From: Candidatus Latescibacterota bacterium
Lineage (GTDB): Bacteria > Latescibacterota > UBA2968 > UBA8231
DNA length: 64,000 nt
NCBI GenBank assembly: GCA_965208105.1
Contig: OZ242318.1
Location: 2,688,001-2,752,000 of the forward strand
Direction: 5' to 3'
Within the stretch, counting starts at the first letter, position 1, and the number at the start of each line of letters is the position of its first letter. The notes under the pieces were generated by a model. It searched no databases. It was not told where the DNA came from and worked only from the letters and a program-made list of their open reading frames with translations. This document shows, in pieces, positions 33,124-42,905 of the stretch. The translations under genes were made by a program, and so were the position numbers.

Positions 33124-33963
33124 TCAGACCTCGAAAATGGCGAGGAGCTCTATGTACAAATACGCCAGCGGAAAGGCAAAGAAATAAGAATCGAACCGAT
33201 CGAGCATCCCCCCGTGACCCGGAATCAGCGGAGCCGTGTCTTTGACTCCCGCATCGCGTTTGATGGCCGATTCGACCAGATCCCCGAGCTGTCCGCCGAC
33301 GCTGGTCAGCAGGAGGAGACCTGCGAGTTGAACGGTCCCCGTCGAAGGCAGAAACTGGTGGAACAGCAGTGGAGTCAACCCGCCTGCGACCCCCGCGGCG
33401 AATCCGACCAGAGTCTTTCCCGGACTGATGGCCGGCGCCAGTTTTCTCCTGCCCCAGAGACGGCCGAAGATGTAGGCTGCCGTATCGGTGAGCCAGATAC
33501 AAATGAACAGGGCCATCACCAGATGTGTGGCCTCGGTGCGCTGTTCGGAACCGGCGGCGCTCATTATCAGGAGAGGAGCGCTTCCCAGAAATCCCGAGTA
33601 AATCGTACCTCCCAGGGTGAGCGAGGCGTTGCCGGCAAAGCCTTCGGTACCCTGCCGCAGGGAAACCACAAAGCAGACCAGGGCAATGGCCACCAGCACC
33701 AGCGCGAACTTTCCCGGGCCGGCGAAATAGATATAGGCGCACAGCCCCAGGGTCAGCAAGAGGCCCCCATACCTGGCCGGACGATGACCCCCTTTGGCGG
33801 CCAGCAGGGAAAACTCCCAGTTGCCGCGGCCGGCGATCAGCAGCACCAGCAGAAAGAGAGTCCAGTCCCGGAACCAGACGAGAAAGAGGATGCATGGCAC
33901 GAAGACGCAGATCGAAGCACAGCGCAACGCCATGTCGGGAACCCGCCCGCCGATGCCAGTCAC
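33124..33963 (-). CDS. cdsA: phosphatidate cytidylyltransferase
   Basis: ISPGKT and GDLVESAIKRDAGVKD...PGHGGMLDRFDS motifs. Confidence 0.95.
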   Translation of the reverse strand: MTGIGGRVPDMALRCASICVFVPCILFLVWFRDWTLFLLVLLIAGRGNWEFSLLAAKGGHRPARYGGLLLTLGLCAYIYFAGPGKFALVLVAIALVCFVVSLRQGTEGFAGNASLTLGGTIYSGFLGSAPLLIMSAAGSEQRTEATHLVMALFICIWLTDTAAYIFGRLWGRRKLAPAISPGKTLVGFAAGVAGGLTPLLFHQFLPSTGTVQLAGLLLLTSVGGQLGDLVESAIKRDAGVKDTAPLIPGHGGMLDRFDSYFFAFPLAYLYIELLAIFEV

Positions 33964-33970
33964 GCCCGGA

Positions 33971-34729
33971 TCAGGCGCCCCCGAATCGCCGGTGGCGCCG
34001 CTGGTATGTCCTGATGGCCTCGTAGAGATGCTGGCGGCGGAAGTCGGGCCAGTACACGGGAGTAACCCAGATTTCCGTATAGACGGTCTGCCAGGTTAAA
34101 AAATTGCTCAGGCGCATCTCTCCACTGGAGCGGATAAGCAGATCCGGATCCGGGAGACCAGCCGTGTATAGCGCGCCGCTGATGGCCTCTTCATCTATAT
34201 CCTGCGCCCGAAGCCGTCCTTTTTCTACAGCGGCAACCAGGTGCTTGAAAGCGTCCACCAATTCGCTGCGGCCGCCGTAGTTGAGGGCAAGGTTGAGCAC
34301 CAGGCCCGTGTTGCCGGCGGTGTCTTCCAGGCTCCTCCTGAGGGCGGTCCGAACCGATTCAGGCAGGCCATCCAGGCGTCCTATGGCGTTCAGACGCACG
34401 TTGTTATTGTTGAGTTCCGGCACCTCGCTGCGCAAGGTCTCGCGAAGCAGTTGCATGAGGCTCTGGACCTCGGTTCGGGGTCGACTCCAGTTTTCGGTTG
34501 AAAACGAGTAGAGGGTCAGCACCTGGATGCCCAGTTCTCCACAGGCCCGGACGACATCGCGCACTGATTCGCGGGCACAGGGATGTCCCTCGGTTATGGG
34601 CAGGTTGTGCTCCACCGCCCAGCGCCGGTCGCCATCCATGATTATGGCGATGTGGCGCGGCAGGTTGCCCTGCTCTTTGAGCTTCCGTTGAATCAGAGTG
34701 TCTTCTTGGGGATCCAACTTCTCATCCAT
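33971..34729 (-). CDS. uppS: undecaprenyl diphosphate synthase
   Basis: PRHIAIIMDG, FSTENWSRP, NYGGR and RSSGEMRLSNFL motifs. Confidence 0.95.
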   Translation of the reverse strand: MDEKLDPQEDTLIQRKLKEQGNLPRHIAIIMDGDRRWAVEHNLPITEGHPCARESVRDVVRACGELGIQVLTLYSFSTENWSRPRTEVQSLMQLLRETLRSEVPELNNNNVRLNAIGRLDGLPESVRTALRRSLEDTAGNTGLVLNLALNYGGRSELVDAFKHLVAAVEKGRLRAQDIDEEAISGALYTAGLPDPDLLIRSSGEMRLSNFLTWQTVYTEIWVTPVYWPDFRRQHLYEAIRTYQRRHRRFGGA

Positions 34730-34944
34730 TGCGAAGGTGGCCGGACTTCGGGACAGACAGGGCCAACCCTTGAGAACACGGTCAAATTATTGAATTTATG
34801 TACTCTGTGCGAAATAGTCAATCAAGGTCCGGAGAGCCGCGATACGGAGTTGCGGACCGCAACTTGACATCCGAATTGCCCCCTTGTATTATGCAATCTT
34901 CAGGGTTATCCAATGGATCCACCATCACGCCAGGAGGCCGTCAG

Positions 34945-35262
34945 GTGATTTACGAACTGAGGATATACCGCTTGCACAAAGGAAAGAAGAAGATCTTTTT
35001 GGAGGAGTTCCGGAAAGCCCGGCGCTTCATGAAGAAATACGGCGTCACCTTCGTTGCTGCATGGGAAAACCTGGACCGGGAAGACGAGTTCGTCTGGATG
35101 CGTTCTTTCACCTCCACCTCGGCCCGGGACAAAGCCATCGATGCCTACTACAGCAGCCCGGAGTGGATGAAAATCGTCAAGCGCATACGCTCGACCATCC
35201 GTCGGCGCGAAATCCGGATCATGAAGGCCTTGCCTCGTTCGGCCCCGGCAACTCGCAGGTGA
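34945..35262 (+). CDS. NIPSNAP-family protein
   Basis: IYELRIY N-terminus; FVWMRSF and YYSSPEW motifs; AGGAGG RBS. Confidence 0.8.
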   Translation: MIYELRIYRLHKGKKKIFLEEFRKARRFMKKYGVTFVAAWENLDREDEFVWMRSFTSTSARDKAIDAYYSSPEWMKIVKRIRSTIRRREIRIMKALPRSAPATRR

Positions 35263-35294
35263 AACCTTTTTCCGGCACCTGAAGAGAGTCCGAG

Positions 35295-36011
35295 ATGTCC
35301 AGGACAGCGGTTATCTGTGGAGTCGGCCCCGGTTTGGGCGCAGCGCTGGTGCGGCGATTCGCGCGCGGAGAATATAATGTAGGTATGGTGGCCCGGTCCG
35401 CCGGCTATATCCAGAGTCTGGCGGCGGAGTTTGGGCAGGGAGGCGCCAGGGTCCTTCCCGTGACGGCGGATATCACCTCACCCAGCCAGGTTGCCCGGGC
35501 ATTTGCTCAGGTGCGCGAGGAGCTGGGTGCGGTCGACGTGTTGATAAACCACGCCGGCAACGCCGCCTGGAAGGGCTTCTTCGACCTGACACCCGAAGAC
35601 TTTGAGCTCTCCTGGCGGGTCTGCGCCTATGGCTCCCTGCTCTGCTGTAAAGAAGCCGCCGGCGACATGGTATCCAGGAACGGCGGCGCCATCCTCTTCA
35701 CCGGCGCTACCTCTGCCGTCCGCGGCCGGCCGGGGGCGCTCGCCTTCAGCAGCGCCAAGTTCGCCGTCCGCGGCCTTGCCTGGTCCCTCGCCCGCGAGTT
35801 GGGGCCTCGGGGCATCCACGTCGCCCATATCATCATCGACGGGGTCCTCGATACTCCCCGGGTGCGCGCGGGGGAATCCCTGGCGGAGGACGGTCCTCTT
35901 ATCGGGGTCGACGCCGCCGCCGGTGCATACTGGGACCTGGTGCAGCAGGACCGAAGCGCCTGGACCTTCGAGATCGACCTGCGTCCCCACGACGAGGACT
36001 TTTTCACCTAG
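35295..36011 (+). CDS. short-chain dehydrogenase/reductase
   Basis: GVGPGLG, FTGAT..RG, FSSAKFAVRGLA and HVAHIIIDG motifs. Confidence 0.92.
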   Translation: MSRTAVICGVGPGLGAALVRRFARGEYNVGMVARSAGYIQSLAAEFGQGGARVLPVTADITSPSQVARAFAQVREELGAVDVLINHAGNAAWKGFFDLTPEDFELSWRVCAYGSLLCCKEAAGDMVSRNGGAILFTGATSAVRGRPGALAFSSAKFAVRGLAWSLARELGPRGIHVAHIIIDGVLDTPRVRAGESLAEDGPLIGVDAAAGAYWDLVQQDRSAWTFEIDLRPHDEDFFT

Positions 36012-36172
36012 TGTTCCGTCGCAGAGATAGGTTGACGAAATTGGGCCGCCGAGGCGCCCGGCTCACAAGGCGCCTGAGCGAGTCGTACCAGTGGTGTACG
36101 GCGAGTGAAGGCAAGGCCGTGAGCCGGGATGGATCGGCGGAAAAATGGCAACATATTTCTGCGACGGGACAC
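36011..36172 (+). mobile_element. 162-bp MITE, copy 3
   Basis: Same element; flanked by CTA| and |TAG; begins inside the TAG stop codon of the SDR gene. Confidence 0.9.
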
Positions 36173-36352
36173 TAGCGCCTGCTGGCCCGATTTCACCTGA
36201 ATCTGGCCGCCGCCGCGTTGCCCTGGTTCGTATGCTAACTTTCTCGCGCAGGCAACAGCAGCCCTGATCCGCTTGCCGGAGCGTCCAGGTTTCCTGCCAG
36301 TCCCTGCTGAGCGAGTATTCGCCAAGGCCACACCTTCCACAATGGGGAAACA

Positions 36353-37354
36353 ATGCTCGAAATCGGCCCCGTGAAAGCAAATCCCGGCCTGCTGCTGGCC
36401 CCCATGGAAGATGTCTCCGGCCTTCCATTCAGGATGGTCTGCAAGAGCCTGGGAGCCGACATCGTCTACACCGAGTTCGTCAACGCCGAGGGCCTGGTCC
36501 GCGAGGACCCGGATGGGCCGCGCCGCACCTCCGCCAAGCTGAAGTTCCTCGAGGCCGAACGACCCATCGGAATACAGATCTACGGAGCTTCCGAGCTCTC
36601 GATGGAGAAGGCCGCCCGGATTGCCGGCTCGAGGGAACCGGACCTTATCGACATCAACTGCGGCTGCTGGGTGAAGAATGTGGCTCTGCGCGGGGCCGGA
36701 GCAGGCCTCCTCCGTGATTTGCCGCGCATGCGGGAGGTGGTTTCCAGGGTTGTGCGGGCAACCCGCCTGCCGGTTACGGTGAAAACCCGGTTGGGCTGGG
36801 ACGCGGAGAGCATCCGGATAGTCGAGGTGGCGCGCATGCTCGAAGGGGAAGGAGTGCGAGCCCTGGCCTTGCATTGCCGCACCCGGGCGCAGGGCCACAG
36901 GGGCGCGGCGGACTATTCATGGATCCCAAAGATCAAGGCCGCAGTCTCCATTCCCGTAATCCTGAACGGCGACGTCACCTCCCCCGAGGACGTCGGGGAT
37001 GCCTTCGCCGGCACCGGCTGCGACGCCGTGATGATCGGCCGCGGCGCCATACGCCACCCCTGGATCTTCCGCGAGGCGAGGCACTACCTGGATAGCGGCG
37101 AACGGCTGCCGCCGCCGACCCTCAGGGAACGCTCGGACCTCTGCCTGAATCACCTCGAGCTCGCCGTGGAGCACGAGGGCGAACGCGGGGCCCTGATCTC
37201 CATGCGGCGCCACTATGCCGGCTATTTCAGGGGATTGCACGGGGCCTCCCGGCTGCGCGCCGAGCTTGCAAACCTCCGCGACCTGGGGCAGCTGCGGGAT
37301 CGCCTCTGCCAACTGCGCGAGTCGGCTTCCGAGCGCGCCACGGCAGCCGCCTGA
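36353..37354 (+). CDS. dusB: tRNA-dihydrouridine synthase
   Basis: LAPMED, IDINCGC, PVTVKTRLGW, NGDV and VMIGRG motifs. Confidence 0.9.
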   Translation: MLEIGPVKANPGLLLAPMEDVSGLPFRMVCKSLGADIVYTEFVNAEGLVREDPDGPRRTSAKLKFLEAERPIGIQIYGASELSMEKAARIAGSREPDLIDINCGCWVKNVALRGAGAGLLRDLPRMREVVSRVVRATRLPVTVKTRLGWDAESIRIVEVARMLEGEGVRALALHCRTRAQGHRGAADYSWIPKIKAAVSIPVILNGDVTSPEDVGDAFAGTGCDAVMIGRGAIRHPWIFREARHYLDSGERLPPPTLRERSDLCLNHLELAVEHEGERGALISMRRHYAGYFRGLHGASRLRAELANLRDLGQLRDRLCQLRESASERATAAA

Positions 37355-37441
37355 ATTGCCCGGACCGCGGCCATTCGAGTGACGCTTCCACCGCTTCGCA
37401 CCGACCTGCCAGGTTCCCGGACGGGGTTCGGTCGAGGAGCA

Positions 37442-38401
37442 TCAACGTGGCTCGGTATCGACCGGCTCTGCCGGTCCCCGCTCACCTGAGCTCATCAGGG
37501 CCCGCCATTCGCCCACCTTGCCGTGGGCCGAAAGAATCGCCTCCAGCAGGTGGCGCACGGCTGGACCGAAATAGCGCCCGCGGCGCCAGGCCACCCCGAT
37601 CTCGCGGGCGAAGCTCACTCCGTCCACGCCGACTGCAAGCAAGGCTCCCTTATCCAGCGACTCCGCCACGGTCGCATGCGGCAGAAAGGAAATACCCAGA
37701 CCGGCCTCGACCAGCTTGCGCATGGCCTCCGGACTGCGCATCTCCATGACGACGCGCGGGTTGAGTCCCGCTTCGGCGAAGCGGTTGTCGACGATCTTGC
37801 GCGAGACCGAATCGGCGTAAAAGAGTATCAGTCCTTCCCCTGCCACCTCCTCCAGGCTCACCGTGGAGCGCCCGGCAAAACGGTGCTCGCCCCCTACGAC
37901 CAGGGGCATGGCGTCCTGAAATATGGCGATGGTTTCGATGCGGGGATGGTGAAAAGGTTGCGAGATCAGGGCAAACTCCGAGCGGCTCATGAGAAGGTCT
38001 TCGACCAGGTATCGGGAGGGAGCTACCTGAATCGACAGCTCCAGCTCGGGAAATTCAGCCATGTAGGCTTTGAGAATTTCCGGCAGCAGATAGATCACCG
38101 CCGCGTCGATCGCTCCGAACTGAAATCCCTCCCCCGGCCTGGTGCCGCGGCGGCTCAGCCGGCCTTCCACCTCCACCAGCAGGTCTTCGACCTGCTGGGC
38201 GTAGGTCATCAAGGTCCGGCCCTCCATGGTGAGAACCACCTGACGGCTGCTGCGGTGGAAGAGTTTCACCCCCAGGCGGCGCTCGAGCTCAGCGATGCCA
38301 CTGCTCACCGTCGGCTGGGTCACGTTCAGGATTCGCGCGGCCTGGGTAAACCCCCCACTGCGCGCCACGGCCAGAAAGTAACGCAGGTGGTGGAGATTCA
38401 T
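37442..38401 (-). CDS. LysR-family transcriptional regulator
   Basis: LRYFLAVA...FTQAA..LNVTQPTVS HTH; substrate-binding domain. Confidence 0.95.
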   Translation of the reverse strand: MNLHHLRYFLAVARSGGFTQAARILNVTQPTVSSGIAELERRLGVKLFHRSSRQVVLTMEGRTLMTYAQQVEDLLVEVEGRLSRRGTRPGEGFQFGAIDAAVIYLLPEILKAYMAEFPELELSIQVAPSRYLVEDLLMSRSEFALISQPFHHPRIETIAIFQDAMPLVVGGEHRFAGRSTVSLEEVAGEGLILFYADSVSRKIVDNRFAEAGLNPRVVMEMRSPEAMRKLVEAGLGISFLPHATVAESLDKGALLAVGVDGVSFAREIGVAWRRGRYFGPAVRHLLEAILSAHGKVGEWRALMSSGERGPAEPVDTEPR

Positions 38402-38480
38402 ATGACCGCCTTTCTTTGAACAATAGAAATTTTTTATTTATAATATAATAATTATTGATTAGATCAATTCATTGAATCCC
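38402..38480. promoter_or_regulatory. AT-rich divergent promoter region between lysR and ino1
   Basis: Extremely AT-rich stretch (ATAGAAATTTTTTATTTATAATATATAATTATTG) between divergent genes, as is typical of LysR operator regions. Confidence 0.55.
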
Positions 38481-38534
38481 CTATCTTCTTCTTTCGGATC
38501 CCGACAACCGACAATCGAAGGAGAGATGGTCATC

Positions 38535-39848
38535 ATGAACCAGTCTGTAAACATCGAAAAAGCAGAAGGGAAACTCGGCGTACTCATCCCCGGCATGGGG
38601 GCCGTGGCCACCACTTTCATCGCCGGCGTCGAAGCCATCAAGGCAGGCCTGGGCGATCCGATCGGCTCGCTGACCCAGATGGGTACCATCCGGCTCGGCA
38701 AGCGCACGGAAAAACGCACGCCATTGATCAAGGACTTTGTCCCCCTGGCGGGACTGGACGACCTGGTCTTCGGCGGCTGGGACGTTTTCGCCGACAATGC
38801 TTACGAGGCCGCCAGCCACGCCGGGGTCCTGAGACAGGAGACCCTGGACCAGCTCAGGGACCCGCTCAGCAGCGTCGAGCCCTGGCCGGCGGTCTTCAAC
38901 AGCCAGTACGTGCGCCGGCTGCAGGGCCCTCATGTCAAGAGCGCCTCTACAAAGTGGGATCTGGCCCAGGAAGTCCGCCAGGACATCCGGCGCTTCAAGG
39001 ACGACGAAGGTCTGGAGCGGATGGTGATGATCTGGTGCGGGAGCACCGAGGTATTCCTCTCCGAGACCGACGTACATGCCGGGGTCGAGGCTTTCGAGCA
39101 GGGACTGAAGAGGAACGACGAGAGCATCGCCCCCAGCATGATCTATGCCTACGCCGCCCTTTCAGAGGGCGTGCCATTTCTCAACGGCGCTCCCAATCTC
39201 TCCGTGGACCTTCCCGCCATGGTGGAACTGGCGCGGGAAACCGGCACTCCCATAGGGGGTAAGGACTTCAAGACGGGCCAGACCCTGATGAAGACTCTCC
39301 TGGCGCCGGGGTTCAAGGCCCGCATGCTGGGATTGCGAGGCTGGTTTTCAACCAATATCCTGGGCAACCGGGACGGGGAGATTCTGGACGATCCCGACTC
39401 GTTCAAAACAAAGGAAGAGAGCAAGCTCGGGGTGCTCGAGCACATCCTGCAGCCCTACCTCTATCCCGAGCTCTACAGCGACATCTATCACAAAGTCCGC
39501 ATCAACTACTACCCCCCCAGGGGCGACGAAAAGGAAGGCTGGGACAACATCGACATCTTCGGCTGGCTGGGATACCCCATGCAGATCAAGGTGGATTTTC
39601 TCTGCCGCGACAGCATTCTGGCCGCCCCCCTGGTCCTCGACCTGGTCCTCTTTGCCGATCTGGCACAGCGCTCCGGCCTGCGCGGCATCCAGGAATGGCT
39701 GTCCTTCTACTTCAAGAGCCCCATGGCCGCTCCGGAGCTCTACCCCGAGCACGATCTGTTCATCCAGTTGATGAAACTCAAGAACACGCTGCGCTATCTC
39801 CGCGGAGAAGACCTGATTACCCACCTGGGACAGGAGTACTACGACTGA
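38535..39848 (+). CDS. ino1: myo-inositol-1-phosphate synthase
   Basis: GMGAVATT, GKDFKTGQT, NILGNRDG and RDSILAAP motifs. Confidence 0.95.
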   Translation: MNQSVNIEKAEGKLGVLIPGMGAVATTFIAGVEAIKAGLGDPIGSLTQMGTIRLGKRTEKRTPLIKDFVPLAGLDDLVFGGWDVFADNAYEAASHAGVLRQETLDQLRDPLSSVEPWPAVFNSQYVRRLQGPHVKSASTKWDLAQEVRQDIRRFKDDEGLERMVMIWCGSTEVFLSETDVHAGVEAFEQGLKRNDESIAPSMIYAYAALSEGVPFLNGAPNLSVDLPAMVELARETGTPIGGKDFKTGQTLMKTLLAPGFKARMLGLRGWFSTNILGNRDGEILDDPDSFKTKEESKLGVLEHILQPYLYPELYSDIYHKVRINYYPPRGDEKEGWDNIDIFGWLGYPMQIKVDFLCRDSILAAPLVLDLVLFADLAQRSGLRGIQEWLSFYFKSPMAAPELYPEHDLFIQLMKLKNTLRYLRGEDLITHLGQEYYD

Positions 39849-40031
39849 CGGCGGCGCGGCGCATCTCTTCCGATTCCTGCCACGATTGTAGTGGCCAGTG
39901 GCCCCTCGGCTATTAGGTCACGATCCCGCTGCAATTGCCGGCCGGATCGCGCCCTTGTTCCCGCCCCGAACCCCGCTGAACCTTTGCCCGCCGACGTCCG
40001 CCTTATCTTATGGAGAGAGGGCAGACGACAC

Positions 40032-41444
40032 ATGACCCGTCCGAGTGACCAACTGTTGGCAGAGCAAGTGCGCCAGGGCAGCGAGGCCGCCTTCGTGCGG
40101 CTGATCCGGCGCCACGAGCGCACCCTGGCGCGGCTGATTCGGTACCGCACCGGTTTCGGCGACCAAGTGCAGGACGTGCTGCAGGAGACCCTGGTCCACG
40201 CCTGGAGCGGCCTGCGCCGGGACACCCCCCGCGACGTGAAGCCCTGGCTGCTGCAGGTGGCCCGCAACCGCTGCCGCGATTACTTCCGCTCGACCCAGCG
40301 CCGCGAGCTCTTCGTCGAGACCGAGGCTCTGGCGTCCATGGTTAACCGCTTTGGCGTGGCCCAGACACGGCGGCGGAAAGCCGCCGCGGCCGTCGTCGAG
40401 GCCATGGAGGAGGTCCCCGAGCGCGAGCGGGCCGCCCTGCGCGCCTTTTACCTGGACGGTCTGAGCATTGCCGAAATAGCCGCCCGCCACCGCTGTCCCG
40501 TCGGCACTGTCAAGCGCCGCCTGTCCCACGGGCGCGAGCGGATCCGCACGGTGCTGGGCGTCACCCCCAAGACGAGGAGCAAGATCATGAGCACTGACCG
40601 AAAGCGGCCCTTCCCCCCGTACCGGCCCGAAATACGGATTGAACCGAGCCGGGAGGAACCTTTCCGCCTTGACCTCAAAGAGATGGCCTGGTGGTTCGTC
40701 GTGCCGCAAGTGGGAGACCGCGTCCGCTGGGCCGTCTACGAACCCCTCAAAGAAGGCGACGCGCCCTGGAGGCTGTCTGAAACCGTCTCACTGGCGGCCC
40801 AACGACCTGCGGTCATCCACGGCCGTTCTTGCGTCGAAGTCGAGGTGGAGAACCTGTTTTTCTTCCGGAAGGGAATGATGTGCTACAGGAACAAGACACC
40901 CCCGGAAGAAGACCGTATGACCAAGGTGTGGGGCTGTCTGGCCGAGAACGCGGTGGAATGGATCGCCGTGGAATCGCTGCGCCCCGACGGCACGCGGGAA
41001 CTGACGACTTTCCTCGACGAAGGATTCCACGACGACTGGGACCGTTCGCCACGGCTGGTCGAGGACCGCGGCTGCCTGCGGTCACAGGCGGACGGCTCGT
41101 TCGCCAGACAGCCCGGCACCTCCCAAATTACCGGGGCCGGGGTGTTCGACGTGCAGATCGGCGGGCAGCACTTTACCTGCCTGCGCGTCTTTGACGTCGA
41201 GAAGGAGGCCACCGAGCGCGATGTCATGATCGAAGCCTATATCACCCGCGCCGGACGCACAGTGCTGGACCGCCGCTACAACGGCAACCGCTGGGCTAAA
41301 AGAGGCGCCCCACCGCACAATAGGGGCGAGGCCATGACCTGGGAAGAGGACCTGCCCGCCAACGACCGCATAGTCATCGACGGAGTGACCTACGTGCATT
41401 TCTACGACAAACTGACGGACCTGGCCTGCGGCATCGCCGGATGA
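40032..41444 (+). CDS. ECF sigma-70 factor with long C-terminal extension
   Basis: DVLQET, WLLQVARN and GLSIAEIA...PVGTVKRRL motifs, followed by about 280 extra residues. Confidence 0.85.
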   Translation: MTRPSDQLLAEQVRQGSEAAFVRLIRRHERTLARLIRYRTGFGDQVQDVLQETLVHAWSGLRRDTPRDVKPWLLQVARNRCRDYFRSTQRRELFVETEALASMVNRFGVAQTRRRKAAAAVVEAMEEVPERERAALRAFYLDGLSIAEIAARHRCPVGTVKRRLSHGRERIRTVLGVTPKTRSKIMSTDRKRPFPPYRPEIRIEPSREEPFRLDLKEMAWWFVVPQVGDRVRWAVYEPLKEGDAPWRLSETVSLAAQRPAVIHGRSCVEVEVENLFFFRKGMMCYRNKTPPEEDRMTKVWGCLAENAVEWIAVESLRPDGTRELTTFLDEGFHDDWDRSPRLVEDRGCLRSQADGSFARQPGTSQITGAGVFDVQIGGQHFTCLRVFDVEKEATERDVMIEAYITRAGRTVLDRRYNGNRWAKRGAPPHNRGEAMTWEEDLPANDRIVIDGVTYVHFYDKLTDLACGIAG

Positions 41445-41839
41445 AAAGGCAGGGCCTGGCCGGACTGGCATGGTGTATCCACCGCCTTCGTAGTTCGGTT
41501 ACATGGCCGGCCGACGGGTAGCCAGGAAATATGGTCATCCGAATCCCGGGAGAAAAACGGCCGGCAAAAACCGCTGACGCGCCCATTGCGCTTCATTTTT
41601 GCCCTGTCCTACTTGCCGCATGCGGCGGGATAAATCCAGGACCGCGGGCGCAATTTCCAGAGCTTGACAACTTCAACCTCGGCCGCGTCTTTTTGCTGGT
41701 GTCCGCGCCGATACCACCCTCTGTTCCGGTCGCCTGGGCGCTGGCCATTGCTCTTGTATGACGATCAGGTATCGAATATGACGATTGAGTGGCGCACAAG
41801 GGTCGGACGCCGCGGCTCTGCAACCCCGGGCTGGTCTGC

Positions 41840-42877
41840 ATGAAGTGGGTGTTGTGGATTGCGCTGCTCCTGGTCCTGGCGGTCCTGGCCGGACTGCCGA
41901 TCCGCATCCCCTACTCCATAGAGGCTCAGGGCAAGATCGTGCCGCAACGGGAGTGGACCCTGGTGCGCCAGCAGGAGGGCACCCTGGTGGCCACCCTGCG
42001 CAACAACCTGCGGGGAGCCGTGGAGCGCTACACAGTAATGGGATTCGACCGCGGGGACCGGGTGACTTTCCAGAAGAATCCGCTGGTGGTGGAAGGGGCC
42101 GCCATCGACCTGGGCGATACCCTGGGAGTCTATCGCTCCGAGGAGCTGCAGCGGCAGTGGATCCAGCTCAAAGGGGAGCTGGCCGACGAGCTGGCCCGGA
42201 CCGCGGTGGACGAGAGCGGCAGGAAGGAGCCCATCGTGTGGGCGGCTCGCATCGAGCTCGAGCGTAGTCGGACCCAACGAATTTGGCAAGAAAGGGAAGT
42301 CGATCGGCTCCGCAAGCTGTGGCAGCGCCAACTGATAAGCGACGCCGAACTGGATCAGGCGCGCAACGTCCTGGACCAGCAACGCCTGCAGGAAGAGTGG
42401 GCCGAGGCCCAGGTGCAGGTGGTCGAGAGCGGCTCGAAAGAGCAGGAGCTGGAGTGGCGGCGGAGCCGCATCCTGGCCATGCAGGAAGAGCTGGGCATTC
42501 TGGGCACGCGGCTCGAAAAAGCGGTGATCCGCGCTCCCATCGGCGGGCTGGTCTCCACCCTGGCCAGCGGAGACACCATCGCCGTGGTCTACGACACCAC
42601 CTCCTTCATCTCGCTGATGCCGGTGCCCTGGCAGGAGCGCGGCAACGTGGCGCGGCGGCAGCAGGTCGAGATTCCGCTGGCGGGCAAGGTGCTGCCGGCG
42701 ACGATCGTCCACCTGGGGCGGACGGCCCGCTCCGTCGGCGGCCAGCAGTACTTCGCCACCAAGGCCCTCATCAAGGGCGGCCGCGGCCTCCTGGCGCCCG
42801 GGCTGGTGGTCCCTTGCGCCATCGTCGCCGCGCCCCTGTCGCCGTGGCAATACCTCCTGCGTCTGCTCCGCTCCTGA
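41840..42877 (+). CDS. HlyD/membrane-fusion-protein-like periplasmic adaptor
   Basis: N-terminal TM, coiled coil with LISDAELDQA, and IRAPIGGLV lipoyl half-motif. Confidence 0.7.
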   Translation: MKWVLWIALLLVLAVLAGLPIRIPYSIEAQGKIVPQREWTLVRQQEGTLVATLRNNLRGAVERYTVMGFDRGDRVTFQKNPLVVEGAAIDLGDTLGVYRSEELQRQWIQLKGELADELARTAVDESGRKEPIVWAARIELERSRTQRIWQEREVDRLRKLWQRQLISDAELDQARNVLDQQRLQEEWAEAQVQVVESGSKEQELEWRRSRILAMQEELGILGTRLEKAVIRAPIGGLVSTLASGDTIAVVYDTTSFISLMPVPWQERGNVARRQQVEIPLAGKVLPATIVHLGRTARSVGGQQYFATKALIKGGRGLLAPGLVVPCAIVAAPLSPWQYLLRLLRS

Positions 42878-42905
42878 GCCTGCTGGAGGACGCGGAGCCG
42901 GAGCC

